Assembly (NCBI GenBank): GCA_011364985.1
Contig: RDOC01000007.1
Coordinates: 1,495 to 65,494 of the forward strand
Length of the DNA: 64,000 bases
Origin: Candidatus Thorarchaeota archaeon
GTDB lineage: Archaea; Asgardarchaeota; Thorarchaeia; Thorarchaeales; Thorarchaeaceae
Direction: 5' to 3'
Shown: positions 1 through 7,430 of the stretch, piece by piece
Position numbering within the stretch: position 1 is the stretch's first letter
Layout of the letters: the number at the start of each line of letters is the position of its first letter
Made by a program: the position numbers and the translations under genes
The notes under the pieces: model-generated
Seen by the model: the letters and a program-made list of their open reading frames with translations, nothing else
What the model was told of the DNA's origin: nothing
The model's database searches: none

Positions 1-262
1 AAGCCGGGTGCAGGGAAAGCGGAACCACTCCAGTATATCCCCCAACTTCAATGAAAACTACAATCATCAGAAATATCTAGAAGGCCCATTTGACAACCGG
101 ATGATTTCTTTCCTCCACCGCAAATCTCTGATATAGTTCAAAGAGGAGTCTGTTTTAGCTGATTCACGCTACATCTTCAACGCCTCAATATTCACTACTG
201 ATATGGGCAAAAGCACCTTTCTGTTCTTGCACAAACATCCGTGGCATATGCCTTCTAAGGTA

Positions 263-350
263 GAGAGAAGTATTAGGCGGCGGTGAGATGAAGTATTGGG
301 GAAATACCCTTTTCATTTTGCTAAGCATCCTCATTCTGAAGCCAATTACT
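263..350 (+). repeat. Copy A of ~85-nt conserved intergenic element (GAGAGAAGT..CGGCGGTGAGAT..GGGGAAATAC..)
   Basis: Nucleotide-level similarity to 5884-5970 and 7147-7236. Shared blocks GAGA(G)AAGT, CGGyGrTGAGAy, GGGGAAmTA and CATTTy..GCATCCTC-like tail. Lies 3' of the convergent rSAM gene. Confidence 0.55.
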
Positions 351-352
351 GA

Positions 353-1822
353 CTAAAGGCAACTACTTCTCCCATCATTCTTCTCCAATTGCCTTTTCTT
401 GTCATCGTCGAGTTCTCCTCTTGCATAGGACAGCAGTTGCCCCCGCTGCCTCACGTTTCTTATGAAAAGTCCCATTCTATACCTGCTCTTCAAAGTCAGA
501 AGTATCTCTCTTGAGAGGTAACGCTTCCTATAGACGAACTTCTCATATGCATCTGAAATCAATCTTTCCAGTATGCCAGTCTGCACTGAATCAGGATGGA
601 TGTCTGATACGAGGACTCCTGTTTCCCAGTATGCCTCTGGGTCCAAATATCCTTGATTGACAAGCTGATTCCAGATATCAGTCCCGGTGACTGCTCCCAG
701 CATGTTCAGTTGAATGAAGTCAATGTCGAGTTTCATGGAGAAATCAATAGTATTCTTTACTTCTTTCACTGTTTCACCAGGTGCTCCAACAATGAATGTG
801 CCTAGAATGATGTCTACACCTGCCTTACGACACGTTTCTGCCGCCTGTATGCTCATCTGTGGAGTTATTCTCTTGCCATATAAATCAAGGATTCTCTGAT
901 TTGCGCTTTCAAACCCAAGATACATGAGTCTACAACCACTTTTGACCATTGATCTGATCGTATGGCTATCAACCTGGTCCACTCGTCCTTCGCAAAGCCA
1001 ACTGAACTCAAGTTTACGTTCCCTTATTAGGTCACAAATCTTTAGTATGCGCTTCCTGTTCATGGTGAAACAATCATCGACAAAGAAGATGGTCTTGAAG
1101 CCCTCTACTAAGAGGTTCTCAATCTCATCCACTACATTCTCAGGACTTCTAGAACGCCACTTTCTACCTGCAAATAGACTGCAACTACAGAATGTACATG
1201 AAAATGGACAACCCCTAGAAGAAACCATAGACGCCAAATTGGGCCATCGCAGTCCTTCAACCTGCCCATACCACTCAGTCTTGACCAAGTCCATTGCAGG
1301 AGGTGGCAAAGCGTCTAAATCGGTTATGAATCTTCTAGGGGCGCCTCTCTTCACAATCCCATTCTCCCGATGGTAGATACCGCTTACAGCCTTAATATGT
1401 CCCCCGCTCTCTAGTGCTCTAACAAGCTCAATCATGGATAACTCACCTTCGCCCGTTATGGTGGAATCGATTTGGGTGTACTTTTTCATCATACGTTCCA
1501 CGTTGAGTGTGGCATGCACTCCTCCAAACACGATATGAGTATCAGGAAGCCGTTTCCTTATCATGGCGGCCAGCTCTGCTGCCTTTGATGCTTGCCATGT
1601 CATCATTGATAAACCAACTACACCGGGTGAGTACCTCTCTACTCTTTTCAATAACCGTTCGTCTGACAGATGTTCTCCAATTTGATCAATGAGCGTGACT
1701 TCAACTCCAGCTTCGCGCAACGAAGATGCTATATAGAGAAGACCAAGCGGAGGACTGAATGTTGGAGTTGCGAATCTGGAGTTGATATAATCTGGAGCAG
1801 GGAATATGAGACAGACTTTCAC
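353..1822 (-). CDS. B12-binding domain radical SAM protein (class B rSAM, methyltransferase-like)
   Basis: 489 aa. N-terminal MKVCLIFP.. cobalamin-binding-like domain, then a CPFSCTFCSC (CxxxCxxC) radical SAM cluster motif. GTG start at 1822. Confidence 0.85.
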   Translation of the reverse strand: MKVCLIFPAPDYINSRFATPTFSPPLGLLYIASSLREAGVEVTLIDQIGEHLSDERLLKRVERYSPGVVGLSMMTWQASKAAELAAMIRKRLPDTHIVFGGVHATLNVERMMKKYTQIDSTITGEGELSMIELVRALESGGHIKAVSGIYHRENGIVKRGAPRRFITDLDALPPPAMDLVKTEWYGQVEGLRWPNLASMVSSRGCPFSCTFCSCSLFAGRKWRSRSPENVVDEIENLLVEGFKTIFFVDDCFTMNRKRILKICDLIRERKLEFSWLCEGRVDQVDSHTIRSMVKSGCRLMYLGFESANQRILDLYGKRITPQMSIQAAETCRKAGVDIILGTFIVGAPGETVKEVKNTIDFSMKLDIDFIQLNMLGAVTGTDIWNQLVNQGYLDPEAYWETGVLVSDIHPDSVQTGILERLISDAYEKFVYRKRYLSREILLTLKSRYRMGLFIRNVRQRGQLLSYARGELDDDKKRQLEKNDGRSSCL

Positions 1823-1983
1823 TTCCTAGATTCTGCCGCGGTTCAAGATAAACGCATCTATCCCCTGTCTAAGTAGGAGTAAGGGCGGTGGAGAGAGGGT
1901 ATTTGGGGGGCTTATCCTCCTCGTATTGCTGAGATGGTGGATTTCTTTTGTCTATCAGTCTTACAAATCTCGTAATATTATAA

Positions 1984-2040
1984 ATTTAAATAAAAGTATC
2001 AGGTAATATATGATGGAATCAGCATTCGCACGATGAGGTG
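1984..2040 (+). promoter_or_regulatory. AT-rich TATA-like box (TTTAAATAAAAG) and Shine-Dalgarno GAGGTGG upstream of SPASM rSAM gene
   Basis: TTTAAATAAAAG at ~1984-1995. GAGGTG at 2035-2040, 6 nt before the ATG at 2046. Region is divergent with the rSAM gene. Confidence 0.4.
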
Positions 2041-2045
2041 GGAAA

Positions 2046-3200
2046 ATGCTTGTGACTGTCACTCACGACGAAATAAGAAGGCGAATTGGGGAAAGAAACA
2101 GGAATCCCCAACAGCGTCCATATGCAGCTATAATGAAATCTGCTGACACATGTAATAATTCCTGTACCTACTGCTATGTTGAACCACACTCAACGGTTCC
2201 CATAATGACAAAAGAAACAGCTGAGATTGCAATTAGAACGATTCTTGAATATGTTGGTCCTAACAGGCAAGTGAACTTTATCTGGCATGGTGGCGAGCCG
2301 TTGCTAGCAGGATTACCTTTCTTTAAACACATTGCTGATGTGTGCGACGAGTATGTTGAGAACAGAATCGAGAATTCCATTCAGACAAATGGTACTCTCT
2401 TGAATGAGGAATTCTTGGAGTTATGCGTGAATAGACACATTCTGATAAGCCTCAGCATAGACGGACCAAAAGATATCCATGACCTCATGCGGAAAGACAA
2501 AGGAGGTCGCGGAACATTCTACCAGGTAATGGATGCAGTGGCAATGATTCGAAATGTTGGTCTTCCAGTTGGCTGTGTTACCGTACTTCACCAGCAGAAT
2601 CTTCATCACATCGAACGGATGTACAAGTTCTTCAGGGACAATGACATTAACTTCCGAATCAATCCCATAGTGAAATCGGGGCGGGCAACAAGAGCATACA
2701 ACGAGCTATCTATTACACCCAAGGAGTACGGCGAAGCAATGTGCAAGCTTTTTGATCTTTGGTTCGAAGAAGACGGCCCTATTCAAATAGAACCACTCGA
2801 AACAATAGTTGGCAACTTAATAGGACCAACTGTATGGGGTTGCGATTATCATGGAACCTGCCTGTTAAGCATCATTTCGGTCAACCCTGACGGCGGATTA
2901 TATCCGTGCGGAAGGTTTGCTGGTCTGGAGAACTTCAAGTTAGGGGATATCAATATTAATTCGGATTTCGAGGCTATGTTTGAATCCAGTCTTTTCAAGA
3001 GACTTTCATCGAGGAGTCCTTTGACAGTTTCTGGGTGTTCTGATTGCGAGTTTGTTGAAATCTGCAATACCGGATGCATGGTGACAGCTTTCATGGGAAG
3101 AAATAGGATTGAAGATCCTGACTACTACTGTTACGGACGGCGGATGCTGTTTTCGCATATCTTCAATGCTCTAATTGGACATTTGCGAGATGTCCAATAG
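2046..3200 (+). CDS. Radical SAM/SPASM-domain protein (anaerobic sulfatase-maturase-like peptide-modifying enzyme)
   Basis: CNNSCTYCY (Cx3Cx2C), GGEPLL, TNGTLL, SIDGP motifs. C-terminal Cys-rich SPASM region (CDYHGTC.., YPCGRFAG, CSDCEFVEICNTGCM). Confidence 0.85.
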   Translation: MLVTVTHDEIRRRIGERNRNPQQRPYAAIMKSADTCNNSCTYCYVEPHSTVPIMTKETAEIAIRTILEYVGPNRQVNFIWHGGEPLLAGLPFFKHIADVCDEYVENRIENSIQTNGTLLNEEFLELCVNRHILISLSIDGPKDIHDLMRKDKGGRGTFYQVMDAVAMIRNVGLPVGCVTVLHQQNLHHIERMYKFFRDNDINFRINPIVKSGRATRAYNELSITPKEYGEAMCKLFDLWFEEDGPIQIEPLETIVGNLIGPTVWGCDYHGTCLLSIISVNPDGGLYPCGRFAGLENFKLGDININSDFEAMFESSLFKRLSSRSPLTVSGCSDCEFVEICNTGCMVTAFMGRNRIEDPDYYCYGRRMLFSHIFNALIGHLRDVQ

Positions 3201-3228
3201 ACAATGAGTGAATGGATGAGTGAATAAT

Positions 3229-3438
3229 ATGGGAAAAGTGAAGAAAGAGAATATTATTGAAGTACTAGGTGAGAATGTGAAGACCGAAGACCTGAAGTCA
3301 TCAGTACAGAGGATTATTGGCCATAGGCGCTTTAAGGGACCTATCGAGTTCGAGCTACGGCTTTCTGAGGAAGACAAGAAGCGTCATGATCCAACAACTA
3401 GCTATTACAACGTCTACCGGTATGCTTTCTTCGATTGA
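3229..3438 (+). CDS. Small protein (69 aa from ATG) with aromatic-rich C-terminus ..TTSYYNVYRYAFFD; candidate precursor peptide
   Basis: ORF immediately 3' of the SPASM gene on the same strand. Protein-like composition (K/E-rich). The track start at 3220 is GTG; first ATG is at 3229. Confidence 0.35.
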   Translation: MGKVKKENIIEVLGENVKTEDLKSSVQRIIGHRRFKGPIEFELRLSEEDKKRHDPTTSYYNVYRYAFFD

Positions 3439-3607
3439 GCCTAGCGTATGGGATAATGAAACGGATAATCTGAAGAAGGAAACACGAGAAACAGATGCAA
3501 TTATCTGGATTCGTATGCCGAAGAGCTTTCAGATTGATTCAGTGCGAAAGCTTGGTCTTGAGATGGATGTATGCCTTGACGATACCTGTACTTGTGCTCC
3601 TACCTAA
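3422..3607 (+). CDS. Small ORF (62 aa from ATG 3422, or 30 aa from ATG 3515) with Cys-rich C-terminus ..EMDVCLDDTCTCAPT
   Basis: Downstream half of track ORF 3317..3607. Only this part has protein-like composition. Overlaps the previous ORF's last 17 nt in another frame. No clear SD. Confidence 0.2.
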   Translation: MLSSIEPSVWDNETDNLKKETRETDAIIWIRMPKSFQIDSVRKLGLEMDVCLDDTCTCAPT

Positions 3608-3846
3608 ACTAAGGGTACTGGTTTAGTGATATAAAACCCAAAAGGAATCAATCTTAAAGAACTACTGAGAAGAGATGGATTCATGCCAAGGGTGGAGTGC
3701 TTTGGATACACATGCAATGCCTAGGTTGAATCGGATTCAAGGCAAGTGGAAGACTTCGAAGTATACCGACAAGATTGAGCTTAGCTGCTTTCTCTGTCAA
3801 GAGATAGCTCGAAATGGAGGCAGCTGGAGTGGCGGTGCAAAAGGAA

Positions 3847-4200
3847 CTAATTTGACGGATCATATCTGACCTGTGCTAATGAGTTTAGATCATTCAGGTC
3901 TTTTCTGACGCCTCCCATCAGTTCTCTCTCGGTGACTTTGAGTTTTGTCCTATAAGCCGATTCATCTGCAATGGATTGCATGATGAGTACATGAGGTAAA
4001 TCATTATCGGACTCGAAAAGGATTGTCTGATGGTTCTCTTCATTTTCAACGTTTGTACTCGCGATGATACTACCATTCAATTCTCCTATCCTTGTAATTG
4101 GTATAGCAGGTGTCACACACACGTAAGGGAAACTCTGGTCTTGTACATTGTAGTTGAGGAGATTGAACTCCATCATGGTCAAACTGCAACTTATTTCCAC
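3847..4200 (-). CDS. Hypothetical protein (117 aa, GTG start), overlaps 3' end of next gene in another frame
   Basis: ORF-track only. The frame stays open upstream of the GTG. Could be a frame-shifted continuation of 4070..4534 or a spurious call. Confidence 0.15.
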   Translation of the reverse strand: MEISCSLTMMEFNLLNYNVQDQSFPYVCVTPAIPITRIGELNGSIIASTNVENEENHQTILFESDNDLPHVLIMQSIADESAYRTKLKVTERELMGGVRKDLNDLNSLAQVRYDPSN

Positions 4201-4534
4201 ATATATTGCATCTGTAAAGAGCTTCGATTCTGAACTTGATTTCTTGAGATGGACAACTGTACACCTTCACATTGCGCTTTGAACTGCCCAGTTCTCTCAT
4301 ATCTCCAAGGGCTCGCATGGAGTGCAATATAGGATACATTCCAATAAGACTCTCTGTGCAAATGCCTTCTGGAGATCTCCAACTGAATTCAAATTCCTGC
4401 CCCACTCTATGGTTGGCACGACAATTTCCCTCATCGACAACTGTGACTCTAAATGCAACTGCTTCCTCCCAAATATCACGAAGTCTTAGTAGCAGATCCT
4501 TCTCAGATTGATTCCTTGTAGTCATTACTACCAC
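4070..4534 (-). CDS. TIGR04076-like protein with C-terminal CxxC..CxxC zinc ribbon
   Basis: RVTVVDEGNCRANHRVGQEFEF..PEGICTESL..YP..CPSQEIKFRIE matches the remembered TIGR04076 pattern (C..H.G.EF..P.G.C..CP...F.I.R). C-terminal RCNICGN..CDTCY. Confidence 0.5.
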   Translation of the reverse strand: MVVMTTRNQSEKDLLLRLRDIWEEAVAFRVTVVDEGNCRANHRVGQEFEFSWRSPEGICTESLIGMYPILHSMRALGDMRELGSSKRNVKVYSCPSQEIKFRIEALYRCNICGNKLQFDHDGVQSPQLQCTRPEFPLRVCDTCYTNYKDRRIEW

Positions 4535-4882
4535 CCATTACTGCTAGGTAATCATCGATATTATCTCTTCTCTCCTCTCATATCAGAGTATGAGAAGAGA
4601 ATTCTGTCACCTGATTCTGCTAGTATACAATTTCTCATGGTTCAAGGAGTCTACAAGACCGCTTTCTCTTTTATTAGCAACCAAGAAATTGGGAAATGGT
4701 CAAGTCTCTCTTTCTTTATATTCTTGCATAGATGTTTGAGGACGCATTCAATTCATTACAAGGTCATCTTGCTGAGAGCCCCTTTTGTCTTTGAGATTTG
4801 ACCTCAGATTTGATTCAATTGGAAATGCACCATCAGCTGTTCCATCATCCTTTTTAGTAGGATTCTTTCACTCCGCATCGAA

Positions 4883-5866
4883 ATGCTACCCGACCCTGTG
4901 ATTTGGCTTGTTCTCTTTATAGCAAGTTATATTGCAATCTACTCTCTGGCTGATTTCATAATTGATACTTTGGGGGATATTAGCGAATCCTTTTGCATAG
5001 CTCCCATAGTATTGGGACTGCTTCTTCTCGGAATTGACTTGGAAGAAAGCATTGTTTCATTAATCGCAGCAGTTGACGGTCTTGCTTACTTGTCATTGGG
5101 TAATCTCATTGGAAACACAGTGATAGCGATTGGGATTGCATTTGGATTGCCTGCGCTCTATCTCAAGGCAGAGATCGACCAGCTCCCGCGATTCTACTAT
5201 GCTGAGCTAATCGTTGCCGGGATATTTGTCCTGATTTCAATGATTCTAACAGATTATCTGTTTGTCTTTGGCCTTTTGAGCATCATCCTCTTTGCTGCTC
5301 ATCTGGCGTACACATATCGAACACAAAGGGCGTTTCAATCAACAAGGGTGCATACTGTAATAGACACGCCAAAATCTGACTTGGACAGTGAAATAGATGC
5401 CCAAGCGACCAAGCATGATCGTACGTGGGCGGGATCCAAACTGCTGTTGGCACTCCTTGTCGTATTCTTGGCTGCTGAAGTCTTGGTGACCAGTGCCGAG
5501 GAACTTGTTCTTCTAACGGGATTGAATGAATCTTTCTTTGGATTGATTATTATGGCGGCTGTGACAAATGTTGAGGAATTCTGGTTGGTTGTCAAATCAA
5601 TTCAAAAGGGCCATGTTGCATTGGGTGTGAGTGCGCAGGTTGGCAAGATACTCTGGAATACCACCTTGATCTTTGGACTCTGCAGCCTGTTGCTAGTTCA
5701 ATTCAGATTTGAGATAGTAATGTTGCTGAGCTCAATTCTTTCTCTCTTTGCGCTGGTGTTATTGGCAGTGAATCTCTCTCAGAATCGATTGTCAAGGGCA
5801 GCTGGTATTGGCTATACCACAATTCTAGTAGCTTTCCTGATTATGAACTCGTTCTTTGCTTTCTGA
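4883..5866 (+). CDS. Ca2+/Na+ antiporter (CaCA family) membrane protein
   Basis: 327 aa polytopic protein with two alpha-repeat-like segments (GNLIGNTV.. and AAVTNVEEF..) and an acidic loop between the halves. Confidence 0.65.
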   Translation: MLPDPVIWLVLFIASYIAIYSLADFIIDTLGDISESFCIAPIVLGLLLLGIDLEESIVSLIAAVDGLAYLSLGNLIGNTVIAIGIAFGLPALYLKAEIDQLPRFYYAELIVAGIFVLISMILTDYLFVFGLLSIILFAAHLAYTYRTQRAFQSTRVHTVIDTPKSDLDSEIDAQATKHDRTWAGSKLLLALLVVFLAAEVLVTSAEELVLLTGLNESFFGLIIMAAVTNVEEFWLVVKSIQKGHVALGVSAQVGKILWNTTLIFGLCSLLLVQFRFEIVMLLSSILSLFALVLLAVNLSQNRLSRAAGIGYTTILVAFLIMNSFFAF

Positions 5867-5883
5867 CACGCAAACCAAGAAGC

Positions 5884-5970
5884 GAGAGAAGTAGAGACGG
5901 CGGTGAGATAGAGCACTCGGGGAACTAGTCCTCCCACATTTCTGAGCGTCCTCTCATCTTTCATTAGACC
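5884..5970 (+). repeat. Copy B of ~85-nt conserved intergenic element
   Basis: GAGAGAAGTAGAGACGGCGGTGAGATAGAGCACTCGGGGAACTAGTCC.. starts 18 nt after the TGA of the CaCA gene. Aligns to copies A and C. Confidence 0.55.
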
Positions 5971-5991
5971 ATCTCGAATGGCCTGCAATGG

Positions 5992-7140
5992 ATGAAATGG
6001 CTAATCTTTCTAACTAATCGCATTTTCGTTTTATTCACAGTCAGATACTTGGATGAGAAGACTGAAAATAGACCAAGCAGTGACATTGTCATGCCAATTG
6101 AGTTCCATCCTATGGGAGCCAAGGTTCTCATATCACATTTACGAAGAGTGCATGACGGGAGCCCTCTATCGGAGCGGGAGATCAATGATATACTAGAACA
6201 ACCGGATATTTATCTCTGGATTTCAGTCTATGATGAATGGATGAAGGGATCTAAATCCGAATTTAGAGATATTCTTTGTTCATTGCACAAAGATTCCATG
6301 AATGACTTGAGTAAATGGGGACAACATATCAATCAAGGACTGAGAAATTCCCTATCCAGGCTTGACGAGCTTGAGCAAGCATTGAACCATCTGACGCGCT
6401 ATGACTGGGGGCTGGCTGCATCAAACACCCTTCAATTCCTCCCCAAAGACACCCCCCTTAATGCTCACGTAATAATGACAATTGATGGCTTTAATGGAGG
6501 TATGTTCCATGATGACAATATGTTTCTCTCTCTAACGATCATAGGTCCGGATACCATGAGCCCTCAGTATTTCACACATGAATTTCATCATATTGGATTG
6601 GGATATTGGTGGGAACGGAACCCTGTCGTCAAGAAATTTGGGCAAGAAAAGGCCTCACGAGAGGCTTGGTTGTTGCGTTTGTACCATTATATGGTCAGTG
6701 AAGGCCTTGCTAACGCATTCTGTTCTCCAGCCATGTTGAGCCAAACTGAACATGACGATGAACAAAATCGAAAACACAACAAGATCATCAGAGAATACGA
6801 CTCACAATTCAATGAGATCTTGTATTCGCTGGAAACCATCCTTGAACAGATTATTGGGCATAGCAATCCCGAAATAACCGAACAATATGAGGAGTTCTCA
6901 CTTGACATGAAAACCCACTACTTGCCCAAGGGCCATTTTCTTTCAGGTAGGATGATTCAAATAATGGATGAATCACCAGCAGTTTCACGTGAAGAAATCA
7001 TCGATCTTGTGAGGGAGCCATTCAGATTCTTTCAATTATACAACCGGGCTGCAAGAGATCGGGGGCATAGGGAAGTTTCCAGGCCTCTTCTTGATTCAGT
7101 CGAAGGAGCAATTCGTTCCATGAAGAAGAACGTCAATTAA
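5992..7140 (+). CDS. Hypothetical protein with HExxH motif (putative zinc metallopeptidase-like)
   Basis: HEFHHIG motif, then a downstream EGLANAF segment. True start may be the ATG at ~6091 (MPIEFHP..). Confidence 0.4.
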   Translation: MKWLIFLTNRIFVLFTVRYLDEKTENRPSSDIVMPIEFHPMGAKVLISHLRRVHDGSPLSEREINDILEQPDIYLWISVYDEWMKGSKSEFRDILCSLHKDSMNDLSKWGQHINQGLRNSLSRLDELEQALNHLTRYDWGLAASNTLQFLPKDTPLNAHVIMTIDGFNGGMFHDDNMFLSLTIIGPDTMSPQYFTHEFHHIGLGYWWERNPVVKKFGQEKASREAWLLRLYHYMVSEGLANAFCSPAMLSQTEHDDEQNRKHNKIIREYDSQFNEILYSLETILEQIIGHSNPEITEQYEEFSLDMKTHYLPKGHFLSGRMIQIMDESPAVSREEIIDLVREPFRFFQLYNRAARDRGHREVSRPLLDSVEGAIRSMKKNVN

Positions 7141-7146
7141 ATGGGT

Positions 7147-7236
7147 GCTGAGAAGTGGAGCTGTCGATGAGACGGAGTGCTGGGGAAATACGTTTCTCAT
7201 ATTGCAGAGCACCCATTTCCCTTTTCGGTAGCTGGG
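7147..7236 (+). repeat. Copy C of ~85-nt conserved intergenic element
   Basis: GAGAAGTGGAGCTGTCGATGAGACGGAGTGCTGGGGAAATACG.. starts 7 nt after the TAA at 7140. Contains the GTGCT..AGCAC and GGGAAAT..ATTTCCC inverted repeats. Confidence 0.55.
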
Positions 7237-7430
7237 CAGATTCCCCATGAATGAATCGTATATGAAAGAAGTTCCCACTAGATACTTTGGAAAGGAGCTT
7301 CAATGCCTCATCATATTTCTGCTTCTTGCAATCTTCATAGGTATTTTCCTCTGAATTTCGATGTTGATGGCTCGAGCACCACAATAGTATTCCTGTTCAC
7401 CCGGAGGGAAGACGGATCTCTTCTGCCTTG

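Noticed and set aside
714-1376. Plus-strand ORFs 714..899 and 924..1376 inside the minus-strand rSAM gene, and many similar antisense or overlapping ORFs (e.g. 2174..2380, 8062..8358, 12578..12877, 15499..15999, 16162..16498, 19827..20129, 34859..35068, 55668..56003, 61314..61811)
   Set aside because: They lie entirely within well-supported genes on the opposite strand. They have low-complexity S/T/R-rich composition typical of shadow frames.
3317-3421. N-terminal half of track ORF 3317..3607 (MAIGALRDLSSSSYGFLRK..)
   Set aside because: It overlaps the better-looking 69-aa ORF in another frame. It is Ser/Thr-rich and looks off-frame. Only the part after 3422 looks coding.
263-7236. Idea that the repeated 3' elements are translated stop-codon read-through extensions
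   Set aside because: In-frame translations after the stops differ (..HANQEAREVETAVR*, MGAEKWSCR*). Indels between copies destroy any shared frame.
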